Program-made: the position numbers and the translations under genes
In this document: positions 1 through 12,876 of the stretch, in pieces
Layout: each line of letters starts with the position of its first letter
How positions within the stretch are numbered: the stretch's first letter is position 1
The notes under the pieces: generated by a model
Told to the model about the DNA's origin: nothing
What the model saw: the letters and a program-made list of their open reading frames with translations, nothing else
The model's database searches: none
DNA from: Heteronotia binoei
Taxonomy: Eukaryota
Assembly (NCBI RefSeq): GCF_032191835.1
Contig: NC_083232.1
Coordinates: 930,001-994,000, forward strand
Direction of reading: 5' to 3'
Length of the DNA stretch: 64,000 nt

Positions 1-2
1 TA

Positions 3-205
3 GGTAAAGGTAGTCCCCTGTGGAAGCACCGGGTCATTACCAACCCATAGGGTGACGTCACGTCATGACATCTTCTTGGCAGCCTTTTTGTTATGGGGTG
101 GTTTGCCATTGCCTTCCCCTGTCATCTACGCTTTCCTCCCAGCAAGCTGGGGACTCATTTTACTGACCTCGGAAGGATGGAAGGCTGAGTCACCCTTGAG
201 CCGAC
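3..205 (-). mobile_element. Sauria SINE (Squam1-type), 3' part
   Basis: Characteristic ggtaaaggtagtcccctgtg...gcaagctggggactcattttactgacctcggaaggatggaaggctgagtc sequence; a fuller copy lies at 20891-21172. Confidence 0.8.
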
Positions 206-237
206 CATTTGAACCCTTTTTTTAAAATATCTTTATA

Positions 238-680
238 AATGATTTGGATGAAGGAATAGAGGGAATGCTTATTAAATTTGTGGGTAATACTAAATTGGGA
301 GGGGTTGCAAATACAGTAGAAGACAGAGTCACGATCCAGGATGATCTTGACAGGCTGGAAAACTGTACTGAAACGAACAAACTGAATTTTAACAGGGATA
401 AATGTAAAGTTCTGCATTTAGCTAGGAAAAATCCAATGCATCATTATTGGATGGGGAGACTTGTTGGGGTCTTAGACTAGTGGACCATATGCTGAACATG
501 AGTCAGCATTGTGGCGTGGTAGCTGAAAAGGCAAGTGTGATTTTGGGCTGTACCAACAGATGCATGGGTGTCCAGATCATGCAAAGTGATAGCATCACTT
601 GACTTTAGATGAGGTTAGACCTCATCTAAGTATTGTGGTCAGTTCTGGGCACCACAATTTAAGAGGGATATAGACCAGAG
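238..680 (+). mobile_element. CR1 LINE ORF2 (reverse transcriptase) fragment
   Basis: ORF 244-480 gives GMLIKFVGNTKLGG...IQDDLDRLE...FNRDKCKVLHL, a typical CR1 RT C-terminal motif; degenerate downstream. Confidence 0.85.
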
Positions 681-1579
681 GTGTCAAGGATGCGGCATGT
701 GGGCTACAACTGTCCCCTGCAGGTCTGGTGTCTGGCCCAAGCAACTGGCTGCCTCTTGCTTCCCTTCCTTCTCCCAGTCACTACTGCTGCCATGCCTCTC
801 TTCTTCCTTTAGGGAGGGGGGGGGGGGAAGGGGAAGGAAAAAGAAAGCGCACGCACGTGCAGCAGAGAAAAGCTCCCTCCACTGGGACTGCTCTCTTCCA
901 AGCCTCTTCCCTCCTTTGGAGAAGAAATTAGGGGGGGACAGAAAAGAGTACGCACGTGCACCAGAGAAAAGCTCCCCTGCCCTCTTCTCCTTTCTCCAGT
1001 TGGGGCTATTGCTGCATTGCCAAGTCTTTCTTCCCTCATTGGGAGGGAGAGAGGTGGAAAGAAAGGCAGGGGGCACGCAAGGAAAGGGAGTCCTGTCCCA
1101 TGGGCCCTTAAAACCCACACGTTTTATTCCAGGTATTTCCTGGGCTGTGGAGGAGATTCTTCTGACAAGCCCTGCTCTGCTGTTTGCTTTGAGTCACCTC
1201 ACCTGGTCACACCTACAAGCAGATTGAAAAAGGAAGGAGGGCATGAAAGAGACGGGACAAGGGGAAATAAAGGGGAATCATTTTGACTTATTCGGAAAAG
1301 TTTTTTAAAAAAAATATTAGACTTCTACCTATCTAGGATTTCATTCTCTTTCAAAAAGACCCTGAATAAGAATTACAATGCTTGGATTGGATCCCATGGT
1401 TGAATGACTGGAGGGAGATGGTGAAGTATTTAGAAATACCTTTCGCATCAGTAGCAGAGTGTGGATTGTCCTGTCTGAAAGCAACACACTATTTAACTTG
1501 GAGAGCTCACCCTTTCCTCTTCTAACAGATGGAAAAAAAGATACCAAACAGCACAGCTTGCAATCTTTATTAGAGGGCA

Positions 1580-2385
1580 AGAGTCCAGGGGCACCTTAAT
1601 GACTAACAAAATTTGTGGCGGGACATAAACCTACATGAGGTACTGCTCACTTCTTCAGATACTGCTTGAATGTGATAGATCCAAGCAGGATCCAGCCTTG
1701 TCTGATCTGAAGTGTGCTTAAGAGCACACGAAAGCTTACGTTCTAAATAAAAATTGGTTGGTCTTAACGGTGCAACTTGACTCCTGCTTTGCTTGAATGT
1801 GAGTCCAGCTGTCTTTATAGTGGTTTCAGATGCCAAATAATGATAGTAGCCATTGGTAATGAGAGAAGAAACCTGGGTCTCAATTCCCCCCAGGAGGATG
1901 CATGGAGCTTCATTATCAGTTGCAATTCAGCATTCTAATCCCCCTCTGAAATCTTTAGCAAGAGAATTGCTACTCTTAGATCACCGACTGAATGCCCTGG
2001 AAGGTTAAAATGTCCCCCCACTGGTTTTTGAACGTTGTGGTTTCTTATAGCGAGAGTCCAGTGACATCTTGAAGACTAACAAAATTTGCAGCAGGGTATA
2101 AGCTTTTGACTGCTCACTTCTTCAGACTTATGTCCACTTATTCTTTGCATCCTCCTGGACTAAAATGAGACCTAGGTTTCCTGTCTTATTACCAATGATA
2201 TCTCCACACCTACTACCCCTCAACATATCACACCTAAGCCAATCAAGCCTATTGCCATTCGACATCTGAAATAATCTTTATAAAGTTTACACCTCTGCTA
2301 CTTTGAGTTACATTTTATGGCATATATAGTCAAGCCCTACAAAGTGGCATTTATGTGAGATCCAGCCCTCGTAACAAATGAATCA
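1580..2385 (-). mobile_element. Penelope-like element relic (GIY-YIG endonuclease region plus terminal-repeat pieces)
   Basis: Minus-strand translation gives RISGHK and HNVQKPVGGHFNLPGHSVGDLRVAIL, matching reptile Penelope endonuclease C-termini; gagtccag..gactaacaaaatt..gctcacttcttcaga repeat pieces near 1580 and 2052. Confidence 0.7.
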
Positions 2386-2389
2386 TAGC

Positions 2390-2960
2390 AGCATATAGTT
2401 GGAAGGGACTCCAGGGTCATCTAGTCCAACCCCCTGCACAATGCAGGAAATTCACAAACCCCTCTGCTATAGACAAGCTGGGCCATGTCCAGAGAAGGGC
2501 AACGAAGACAGCAAGAGGTCTAGAGAGAAGTCCTTACAAGGAAAGGCTGAAGGGGGTGGTGGGTATGGTTAGTCTGGAGAATGACTTGAGAAACAGCATT
2601 TCCCTGGGCAGCAGGAGCTAAGCACTTATGCAACCTTCCTGCCCTCCTTCTCATGATCTGCCCGATTCACAGGATCTGCATTTCTGTCTGATGCCCATCT
2701 AGCCTCTGTTTCAAAACCTCCAAAGGAGAGCCCACCACCTCTCCAGGAATCATTCTGTCAGGAAAGTCTTCCTAATATTTAGCCGAAAACACTTTTGAGT
2801 TAATTTCAACCCGAGAACACTTCTGATTTAATTCCAACCAGTCGGTTCTTGTCTGACCTGGGGCCGTAGAAACCAACTCCACACCATCTTCTATACGACA
2901 GCCCTTCAAGTACGTAAAGACAGCGCTCACATGACTTCTCTTCTCACCTCCCACCCCAGG
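2390..2960. mobile_element. CR1 fragments in mixed orientation
   Basis: CR1 3'-end motif ggaagggactccagggtcatctagtccaaccccctgcac and RT-end pieces (cagagaagggcaacgaag; cccttcaagtac). Confidence 0.7.
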
Positions 2961-3052
2961 GCGACGACAGCGCCTTCCCCCCAGGCCAGATCTAGAGGAT
3001 GAGGCAACCTTGGTGCAATCAAGCAAAACACTCCCCAAACTGTAAGAAAGCC

Positions 3053-3058
3053 TTTATT
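3053..3058 (-). terminator. Poly(A) signal, probable 3' end of the left ZNF gene
   Basis: First minus-strand AATAAA I found after the stop at 7312; AU-rich stretch upstream, CA and GT-rich element downstream. Confidence 0.55.
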
Positions 3059-4314
3059 GCAAACCAACATAGCTCAGAAAATAATAATAAAACATAATAA
3101 TTATAATTTTAATAATACAGCTGGAATAGCCCTAAGGGGCCCGTCTGGTTAATGGGGGTGAAGTTTTCAATGGGGTTTCTCAGAGGCAGCTCACGGAACG
3201 GTGTGGGGAGAGGGTGCAGGCACCGGGCAGGGCTCCTGCCCACACGACAGATGAGGGCTACAGCTGCAGGTATGGCAATCTCTCCCCCTGGGCTGCCCCC
3301 TATGCCCAACAACCCCCCCTGTGAACCTGAGGCCCACACACCAGGCCCAGGCATCAAGCAAATCTGGTCAGATCAGTAGGTGGGGCATTCCGGACCAACA
3401 AAAGTCTCAGCCAACAATGAATCAGTCATTTATGGGTTTTGTTGCCATAGCATGAGAGGGGGTGATGGCCAACGCAGAGATGTCTGTTGAAAAGGGGTAA
3501 CTTCCCATGGCAGCATTGGGGGGGGGGGGGAGGCAGCCCCCAACGCCAACCAGAAGCCTGCCCTCCAGGCAGCTGGGTGGACCCAGGCAAAGCCAGCTCT
3601 CGGGGCCCTTGGTCTGACTCAGCAAGACAAGCCTTCTGTGCTTTGTGCCCAGGCTGGAACTTGCCCTCCCCAGGGCATTGGTGCTCTTGCCCCCTCCTCT
3701 CAGCCCCAGAGGGCAGGGTGGGAGCCCTTCCACTTGTCACAAGGGACGAGAGGCGTACCTCTGAGCAATACTCCACACAGCAAATGCCAACCCATTTGGG
3801 AAGCGAGGAATTACAGCCATGGATCTAGTTTAACTGGGCCTCAGAGAAAAACCAGCAGCCCGCCTGCAACCCCGGAACTCCAGCCCTCCATGGTCCTTTA
3901 GCGGTGGACTAGTGGCCGAGACCATGGGTGGGAGCTGCAATGGCTAAAGGGCCCCCTCCCCCTCCTGAAGACCAGGGGCTCCTCCCTCCCCCCACCCTGC
4001 CAAGTGTCGGTCCTTCCACACAAGCAGGGGGGGGGGGAGAACAGAGGCCTGGCCCTAGGGCTATCCCAGGCCTGCTGTGGGCAGGGGCCACGCCCCCTCC
4101 GGGGGAGGAGCTGATGGCACAAAGGACAGGTGCCCTGAGGGCTGCTTGGCCCAGAAGTGGAATGGCCCACTTGGCCTTCAGTCTGCCACCCGGGAAACAC
4201 TCCGAGGCTGGAGGGGACTCAGGTGACCAGCTCCAGGGGGAGAATTATTTGCATGCCGGAGCCCTGAGGACCACCCACTTGTGGGTAGACAGGCAGCCAC
4301 TGCGCTTCCTTGGG

Positions 4315-4500
4315 GAGGGGCCTTGGCTCAGTGGAAGAGCCTCTGCTGGGCTTGCAGAAGGTCCCAGGTTCAACCCCCAGCAGCATCTCCACCTCAACGG
4401 GCTGGGTGGCAGGCGCTGGGATAGGCCTCCACCTGAGGAGCCCCAGGAGGGGGAGAGAGAGCACTCTGCTGCCAGCCTGAGAGGACAAGACTGACCCGGG
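4315..4500 (+). mobile_element. tRNA-derived SINE (Squam2/AnolisSINE2-like)
   Basis: A box tggctcagtgg, B box ggttcaaccc, body shared with copies at 11407-12002, 25318-25520 and 28585-28770. Confidence 0.7.
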
Positions 4501-7311
4501 TGGACCAAGAGCAGGATTCCACAGAGGGCAGCTTTGTTTCAGCCCCACTGGCAGCCCCCAGGCCTTGAAGGGCGTTCCTGCCCCCCACCCCCAGCCCAAG
4601 GAACCCCCCCCCAAGCCTGGGAGAACCCCCAGGGCACAAAGTCAAAGCAGCCTCTGCCTTGGCAGGCAAGCTGGACCCAAGGAAGACCTCTCCCTGGAAT
4701 GCGCCACTGAGCACCACCTCCCAGGGGGGCACGCCGGGCATCTCTGCTCTGCACATGCTCTGACCAAAAAGCCTGCTGTTGGCCCTCGCTTTTGGTTCAA
4801 GAGGTCTGAGGAGCAGCCAACAGGATGACTGCTGGGGGGGTCTCCGGAGAAGCGCCAAGAGGATACCGCTGCCCTCCCCAGCCCGTGACTGATTGGTGTG
4901 TCTGCCTGCCTGCAGCCAAGCGCTCAGTTCACCCCTAAGAAGCTCGGCTTGGCTCTCTCCAGGAAGGGGGGGGCAGCAGCATCATCCCCAGGAATCAAAG
5001 CCTCCCCACTGGCTCTCCGGCTGGCTTCCCTGCTGCCCTGCAAGGCTCAGCCACACGCTGCTCTGTCCTCCAGCCCTGCCAAGTTTCCAGGGGGTGCCTC
5101 CAGAAGTAGCTCCCAGTGCCCGAGCGGACCGACTGCAGGGGCTCCAGCCCCTTCCCTTCCACACAACCCGGCTTCAGCGGCTCAGGGCCTACCTGGGCCC
5201 CTCCGCATGCACACACCTTGCCCAGCTTCCAAGGGGATGTTGCTGGTCTGCAAAGCCCAATTCCTTTCTTTTTGTCACCAGGGAAGAGCCCAGCCCCGGG
5301 GTGTTTGGACGGCTGCCTCCCCCCCCCCCCCGCCCCCATCAGCAGCTGGGAGAATGCTCCACCTTAAAGGCTAAGTGCAAAGACAAGGCCTGGTCAAGAG
5401 GAAGCGTGCCACTGAAAGGCCAAGAACTCTGAGGAGTCTGGGGATGCGTAAGCAGCTCAAACAGCTCCCAAACGTGACAAGAGAGCCGCCTGGGTGTCAG
5501 CTGGCCGGAGATCCTGTCTCTCCCTCCTTGGCCCCTTCGGCTCTCCTTCCCTGTGGTGCTCCAGACCTGGGCTCAGCTGTGGCCCTCTCTGGCCCAGGAG
5601 GCAAGGGGTGTCTGGCTGCCATCCCCTTCTCTGGGGTGCCCCGCAAGCAACACCCCCTCTTCTCCCCCCACCCACCCAGGAGCGCCAAACTGATTTGCAG
5701 CCAGCCACTCTCCTTCGCAGCCTCCAGCCGTGGTCCAAAAACCAAGCTCCACCTGATTCCATCAGAACCAGAGATCTTAAGGCACAGACTCCCCCCTCCC
5801 TCCCTCGCTGGGGGGCTTTAGCAGCTGCTCAACTGGCAGGAGGGGCACCAGCCCCCACGAGTGCACAGGCTGCCCACGACACAAACGCACAGACAGAATC
5901 TACCCACTAGGCAAGCACAGCCTCTGCAGACAAGAGGCAACGATGGGGGAGGGGGAAGCTACACTGACAATAAACTGGGGAGGGTGAGGAGGGCCAACTG
6001 TTAACGGGGGGGCATCTGTAAAGTGCTTCTGCGGCTGCCTCAGGCCCCCTGCCCTTCCACCAACCCGCCCTTGTAGAGGAATGGCCAAAGCGCCCCCCCC
6101 CCCCGGCCCATCTGCACACCCTCCTCTTTGGTCAACGCTTCCGCCACACCCCACCGCCCACATTTCGCGTGTTTCCATGCTGTCTGACAAACACAGGCTG
6201 CTTGGGAAAGGAAGAGAAATGGCCGCATGGCTGGGCAGGGGGTGGGTTTGGGCCCCCCAGGCTCTACTGGCACTGACCTGTCCTGCAAGCTGCCCCCCCT
6301 TTGTGCTGAGCCCAGCCCCACTCCCCTCTCACCCCCCCCCCCACCAAGGGCAAGCTAGGCGTCTTTGCCTTCCTGTCAGCTCCAAGAGTCCAGACCCACC
6401 CAGGCCACTGCAGCATCTCAGCAGTCCAACCTGCTTTCAAAGCACACAGGCCCCTGCGCCTTTTCCCGCCCCCGGCAGTCCCCACCACAGCACCGCCTGC
6501 TCTTCCAGGGAGGCAGAGGCCCTCCCAACCTATCCTCCCTCCGTCTGCCACACAGAAGCTGACCAGCCATGTCCCTTCCGGAGCTTGTGGGGCTGGACTT
6601 CTTCGCCACTGGGTCTTGGGAGCAGCAGGCTTTTTTCGCGGCAGCCTCTGCCAGCAGGGGGGCTTCTGCAGGGCCCCTCATTCGGCTCAGTCTAGTCTGC
6701 TCCTCTCTTGCCAAAGCGCAGCAGAAGAGGCACAAAATCCCCAAGACGCACCAGATGTTGCTCCTGGAGGCTGGGAGGCACTGGAAGTTCACTGTGTGCC
6801 AAGCCCCACCATCTCAGGCAGACTCGAAGGCAGGGACTGGCTCTGCTGCCCCCACAGGCTCCCCAGCTGGCTGAGTCCGTGTTGGCAAAGTTGCAGGCCC
6901 ACAGTGGGGACAGGCAGGGCGGTCCAGGAGGCACCTTGGGAAGGCTGCTGCCCCTCCCCTCTCTCTTGTCTTGCAGGGCCGGTGGAGGAAGGAAGAGCTG
7001 CTGGGTGAAGGGAGCCGGCCTGGTTCTGCCGGCCGGGAGAACAAATAACATTGGGCAGGGGAGGGGAGCAGTGGGCTGAAGCCACATCCTTGGCACCCGG
7101 TGCTTCTGCCTGAAGGGCTCTTTCCACGCAGGTGTCCCGACTGGCCCCACCAGCCTCCCGCCAGGAGACGGAGGAGCTGGCGGAGGGCCCTTGGTGTCCC
7201 AACACGAGGCGGCTGCTGCAGGGGGGAGGGAGGGAGGGGGCGGGACTCCGGTTTCCGGCACATGCATGAGCCATGCTGCCCCTCCCCCTCGCAGCCGGTT
7301 GCTGGGGGAAG

Positions 7312-8870
7312 CTATCGCAAGGAGTCTGGGATGGAGCACAGTCTGGGGTTGGGGGCGGCCGGGTGGCCCTGGCTCCCCTGCTGGAGCTGAAGGGCCCGGG
7401 GGGGGCAGGGGATGCCCAGCCAGGCCCGACCGGGGGTGTCTCTGCTCCCCGCCTGCAGCTGCCCCAGATGCGGGGGGTGAGGGATGACCAGAGAGGCCCT
7501 GCTGGCGTGGCAGAGGCAATGCAGCATCTCGCTGGGCACCTCGGCCGCAGCGGACCGGGGCCCAGGGAGGCTCTTCTGCTTGGCAGTGACCGGCTGGACC
7601 TGCCCCATGGGGGGCACGAGGGGCGTGCTGGAGGTGGGCAGCCCCGGCAGGCTCAGTCGGCGTTGGCAATGAAGCATCTCCGCGTGAGGATCCATTCCTG
7701 GCAGGGGGGCGCTCAGCTTGGGGCCCGGTTCAGAGCCTGGCGCCACTCCCTGGAGGTGCCCGGGGGGCCCTGCTGCATGTGGGGCAGGAGGAGGGTCGCC
7801 AGGCAGGCTCTGCCCGTGAGGGGCACCGTGTGGCCCAGAGGTGGCCGGCCGGTGGATGCCAGCGGCAGCATCTCCAGCCAGATCCTGGTGGGGGGCTGGT
7901 GTTGCCCGCTGAGCGACCGAGGCGGGGTCCCCAGGGAGAGCTTGCTGGAGGCTGGGAGCGGCCAGGAGGGTGCCGGGCAGAGGGTCTGCCCCCAAGACCT
8001 GCCGGTGGGTTCTCTGGTGTGCGCGCAGCGCCGACTCGCCCTTGAAGCGCTTGGGGCAGCAGGTGCAGGCGTGGGGGCGCTGCTGCGAGTGGGTGCGTTG
8101 GTGTGCTGCGAGGTTGCCCTTCTGGCTGAAGCGCCGGCCGCAGGTGGCGCAAGGGAAGGGCCGCTCCCCGGAGTGGATGCGCCGGTGGGTGATGAGGTTG
8201 GCCCGCTGGTTGAAGCGCTTCCCGCACTCGGTGCAGGCGAAGGGCTTCTCGCCGGTGTGGATGCGCTGGTGGGTGATGAGGTTGGGCCGCTGGCTGAAGC
8301 TTTTCCCGCAGACGTTGCAGGGGAAGGGCTTCTCGGCGTGGCGGTTCCCGCGCTGCACGGGAGCCTTGGGCTCGGGCGCAATGAGCCCTTCCTGGACGGC
8401 GTGGGTGCGCTGGTGGGCCGCCAGGTTGGCCTTCTGGCTGAAGCGCTTCCCGCAGCGCAGGCAAGGGAAGGGGCGCTCGCCCGTGTGCACCCGCTGGTGG
8501 GTCAGCAGGTTGGGGCGCTGGCGGAAGCGCTTCCCGCACTCCAGGCAGGGGTAGGGCTTCTCGCCGGTGTGGATGCGCCCATGCGTTATGAGGCCCTGCT
8601 TCTGCCGGAAGCACTTCCCACACACCACGCAGGCAAAGGGCCCCGACCCCAGCCCCTGGGACGGGCGGCCGGGACCACACAGGCTTGGCTCGCAGGAGGC
8701 CACCTCTTCCTTCTTGACGCGGGGCGGGGCGCGCAGCTGGGCGGCGTTGGGGGCCAGGAACAGCCCTGCTCGGGAGCTGTCCGGGAAGAGCTGGTAGCGC
8801 TCAAGGCTCGCCGCAAAGCCCTTCTGCCCGCCTTCCTCTTCCTTGATCGCCTTGCTACGTCCAGCTGCTC
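7312..8870 (-). CDS. C2H2 zinc-finger gene, last coding exon (7 fingers in a 3+4 layout, long Pro/Ala/Gly tail)
   Basis: ORF with TGEKP/TGERP-linked CxxC..H..H fingers; acceptor ttttcccctccag|GA at 8871/8870 in phase 1 keeps frame with the upstream exon. Confidence 0.92.
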
Positions 8871-10357
8871 CTGGAGGGGAAAAGGGGGAAGAGTCTGTCA
8901 GATCTGCTCAAGGCAGAGCTCACTGTCTGTCTGCAAGGAACTTATGCTGAACCCCGGAGTCCTGCCCACCCCCCCACCGCCAGTGCAAAAGGAAGTGCTG
9001 GGCTTCAAAGCTCCCTTTTGACATCCCAGCAAGTTTAAGCAGCAAGGAAGTGTCCCAACAGGCAGCCCTCTGTTGGCTCCCCCCACCAAGGCCTTTTGCA
9101 CTTGGGCTCCCCTCCCCAGAGATCTCCTGCCGGTTCGCCTGAGCCTTTGAGGGGGTATAAATGACAGTGGGGAGGGGGAAGTGAGATGGGGTTGGCTGTT
9201 TTATCCTGGGTGCCACCTGGACATGTTTTCATTATCACTGTAAGTCGTCTTGAGCCCCGAGGAAAGGGAGGAAATAAATGTTCCAAGAAATAAATAAAAG
9301 GAAAGACTGAACAGGGCACTACTGCCCACGCCAGCCACAAGCGAGATCAGCATTTACGAGGGAGAACAGCAAATGAAATCCGCTCCTGCATCAAACCAAG
9401 GAACCAACTTTTATTAGCCCGGCCCAAACCCCAAGTGGAACAGCCCTTGGAGGCAGAACAGGAAGCAGAAAAAAGAAGCGCAGGACTGCCAACGGGCCCT
9501 CTCATTTGCTTCCCCTGATGAGTGGAACAGTCCGCATCCCAAGCAGAGTATAACCTCTGAAATCCTGGAATGGGCCCTGAGAAATGCAGGACTGAGAGGG
9601 GCTGAGTGGGGTCGACAGCTTAGAGGGCAGCCTGACGACTATCTTTTTTTTTCAAGATGCTGCACTGGACATCTTTAATGCTCCATTAAGACATTTGATC
9701 TAGAACAGCCTAGAATGTGCATGGTCTGTTCCACGGAGCAGCTGCCCTTGAGCAGCGGGCTTCAGCTGATCCACACAAAACCTGCCTGCCGCTCGGTGGA
9801 CAGGCAGGGAATCTCTGAACCAGATCTCCGCTCAACCCTGGAACCAACTGGGTGACCCTGGCAAGTTACACATACTCAGCTTCACATGCCCCATAGGACA
9901 CGGGAACAGTTCATGTGGCCAGGCAGGCAAAAAATCAGAAGATGAAACCAAACGTGCTACACATTTAACTGCTTATTAAGAATATGTACATATTTCTTTT
10001 TTAAAAAACAGCTGCCTCAAGAATAATTTAGGTGTGAGAGCAGCAGGCCAAGGCTTCAAATAAGCAAGATGCGAGTCCATCCCATCATCCCACCGGGAAA
10101 GAGCAAGAGGCAAGCAAATCGGAGAGAAACAAAGGCCCCCTGGCCTGTTAGCTGCCTCCGGAGAGACACCTTTCCCCACCTTGGCAGGAGCCAGTGCACA
10201 GCTTGCTTTCTTCTACCTTCTGACGGTCCGCGATGCCCAGCTCTTCCCACCGCTCAATCCAAGACAAGCCTTCGGGTTTGAAAAACCGATAACCTGATGC
10301 AGGGATAGAGAAGGTCTGGTTAGCTGAGGAGGCCACCACTGAGCAGATGAGAGAAGA

Positions 10358-10850
10358 CAATAATAATAATAATATAATAATAATAATTTTTTATTTCTAT
10401 CCCGCCCTCCCCACCGGAGCAGGCTCAGGGCGGCTCACAACATAAAACACACATTACATCAGTTATAATTATAAAACACGGTTAAAACAATTACAAAGTA
10501 TTAAAATTCACATAACAGTATGGCATTATAAACAAGTTTCAATAAATTTCAGAAGTAAAAACATTTCAAGAATAAAAGCATTTCTAGCAGCATATCTAGT
10601 TTTGTCACAAGTTTTTTCACTAATTTTTTCGCTAGTTGAAGGCCATCTTGAAAAGGTGGGTCTTACAGGCCCTACGGAATCCCTCTAAACATCGTATGGC
10701 CCTCACCTCCTCAGGGAGTTGGTTCCACAGTAGTGGAGCAGTAATAGAGAAGGCCCGGTCCCGGGTGGCTTTCAGTCTGGCCTCCCTTGGCCCAGGGATA
10801 TTCAGCTGGTTTTTCCCAGATGACCTCAGTGCCCTCTGGGGCTCAATGAA
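10358..10850 (-). mobile_element. L2 LINE 3' fragment
   Basis: (AAT)n tail, cccgccct..gctcagggcggctcacaac end and ggagttggttccacag..gaaggcccg L2 ORF2 end. Confidence 0.75.
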
Positions 10851-11059
10851 CAGGACACACCCCTAAGGGCATGGAGGGACTGAAGCTCCCTGTAGAAAAG
10901 ATCCCTGGCCAGAGATACAAGCGGCAGGAGGGACAGGACTTGCCGGTAGCCCTTCCACATTTCCACGAGGGAAGCACAGATCACCACAGCAGCAAAAATC
11001 CCAAACAGCAACTTCTGTAAGCTTAGCTCAAAGGCTTCCACTCCTTCCACTATTTTAGT

Positions 11060-11405
11060 GCATCGTCAGACCAGACCTTTAAAGCCCAACGTGGCTTGAG
11101 ACCTTCTTCCCCGAGATGTTCCTGCCCAGGAATTAAGGTCATAGGGAGAGGCGCTCCTTATTGGTGGCCCTCCCCTCAATCAAAGAAGACACGGGAGAGG
11201 CCTTTTGTGTGGCAGTCCCACAATTATGGAACACCTTCTCTCCGGGGAGGGGAGCCTGGTTCCCTCACTTCTGATCTCCAGAAGGCAGGCGAAGGTGGCT
11301 TGATTTAGGACTGCACTTGATCAAAACAGGCCTAAATTGGGATTTTAAGATTCTGGTTTTAAGTATTCTATTATTAGGTATTTTACTGATGCTGTAAGCT
11401 GCCGT
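11060..11405 (+). mobile_element. L2 LINE 3' fragment
   Basis: gagaggccttttgtgtggcagtcccacaattatggaac motif and gtaagctgccgtgag end. Confidence 0.6.
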
Positions 11406-11406
11406 G

Positions 11407-12002
11407 AGGGAGGGATGGTGGCTCATTGGTAGAGCATCTGCTTGGTAAGCAGAAGGTCCCAGGTTCAATCCCCGGCATCTCCAACCAAAAAAAAGGGTCC
11501 AGAAAAGTAGGTGTGAAAAACCTCAGCTTGAGACCTTGGAGAGCCGCTGCCAGTCTGAGTAGACAAGACTGACTTTGATGGACCAAGGGGGGTCTGATTC
11601 AGTAGAAAGTAGCTTCATATGTTCATAAGTTCAGCACTATGGAGTCATTTTTTAGGGGAGGGATGGTGGCTCAGTGGTAGAGCATCTGCTTGGGAAGCAG
11701 AAGGTCCCAGGTTCAATCCCCGGCATCTCCAAAAAAGGGTCCAGGCAAGTAGGTGTGGAAAACCTCCGCTTGAGACCATGGAGAGCCATGAATGGGGCTG
11801 TGGCTCAGTGGTAGAGCATCTGCTTGGGAAGCAGGAGGTCCCAGGTTCAATCCCCGGCATCTCCAAAAAAGGGTCCAGGCAAATAGGTGTGAAAAACCTC
11901 AGCTCGAGACCTTGGAGAGCCGCTGCCAGTCTGAGTAGACAAGACTGATTTTGATGAATCCAGGGTCTGATTCAGTATAAGGCAGTTTCATATGAACATA
12001 TG
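11407..12002 (+). mobile_element. Cluster of tRNA-derived SINEs: one full copy plus a two-headed dimer
   Basis: Three heads ggtggctcagtggtagagcatctgcttgg..ggttcaatccccggcatctcc near 11407, 11657 and 11793, with SINE bodies rather than tRNA 3' ends. Confidence 0.8.
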
Positions 12003-12765
12003 GCCCCTTTCAGTTTTTAGGAGGCAGCAAAGACTGTTTTATTTAGAGCCGCATTTGGTTAAGTTTACTAGCAATCCTGATTTGCTATTTGAAATTCTGT
12101 GTTTTATATTTATGTATTTTATCGCTGTTGCAAACCCCCCTTAAGTTCTGTAAGGAAGAAAGGCAGCTAAAAAAAGTTTAAAATAAATTTTATAAGTCAT
12201 TTCTGCTAATAATACAATCTGCAGTTGAAGCACAGTCTATTTTTCTGCTTTCTATACAGCACAGGCCATTTTAGGTGGCTACAGAGCTGGGATTCCCCGG
12301 CTGCAAATGTGCCCTCCACCATCAGAGAACCTGAAGGCCATGAGGCGAAAGTGAAGCCAGGCAAGCCAGAGTGGGGCTCACCTATGCCCACCCTCAAGGC
12401 CTTGGCCACGAATTAAGCTCAAGCCAGTTATGTCACTTTCAGAAAAGTGCATTACTTTTCAGTGCTATGGTAACTGCATCTGGTAGAAACAAAGCATTTC
12501 TTCTCACAGCTGGTAATCACACACCTACCAGCTGTCCAAGAGCAGCACAGCAAGATTTCTGGGGGAAAGTGCTGTGCCTTTTCTCCAGGCATAATGTGAA
12601 AATACTGGAGGGCAAAATAAGACTTGGAGGCTCCTTTCGTCCAGCTGAGTCGACTCAGTGGAGGCGGAGCTTAGCCTGACAAGGCGGGGCCTCCTGAAGA
12701 CATCCTGTTCTCAGGATCCAACAGTGGTCATAAGACCAGGTGTGGGAGCTTGCCCAATTGCTCAC

Positions 12766-12876
12766 CTGGACAGGGGTCTTGTGGAATCCCTCTGGCAGAG
12801 TCCAGCTGATCACCGAGGCATGGCTCTCCAGCACGCTCAATCCGAGACAAGAGATCAGGTTTGAGAACCGGGTAGC
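12766..12876 (-). CDS. Left ZNF gene, KRAB-B exon
   Basis: 111 bp, phase 1-1, tgtgcag|..|gtgagc; encodes (G)YPVLKPDLLSRIERAGEPCL.., a KRAB-B consensus match. Confidence 0.85.

Noticed and set aside
6692-7669. 325-aa minus-strand ORF as an extension of the ZNF protein past its stop
   Set aside because: Different frame from the finger ORF, no domain and no splice link found; it would need an unsupported frameshift.
7273-9021. 582-aa plus-strand ORF and other overlapping ORFs on the ZNF exon
   Set aside because: Antisense or alternate-frame shadows of GC-rich zinc-finger codons; no recognisable domain.
11407-12002. tRNA-like genes (also 4315, 25318, 28585 and the 120-bp heads)
   Set aside because: A and B boxes are present, but the sequences run into SINE bodies and lack a proper acceptor stem or anticodon arm closure; they are SINE heads.
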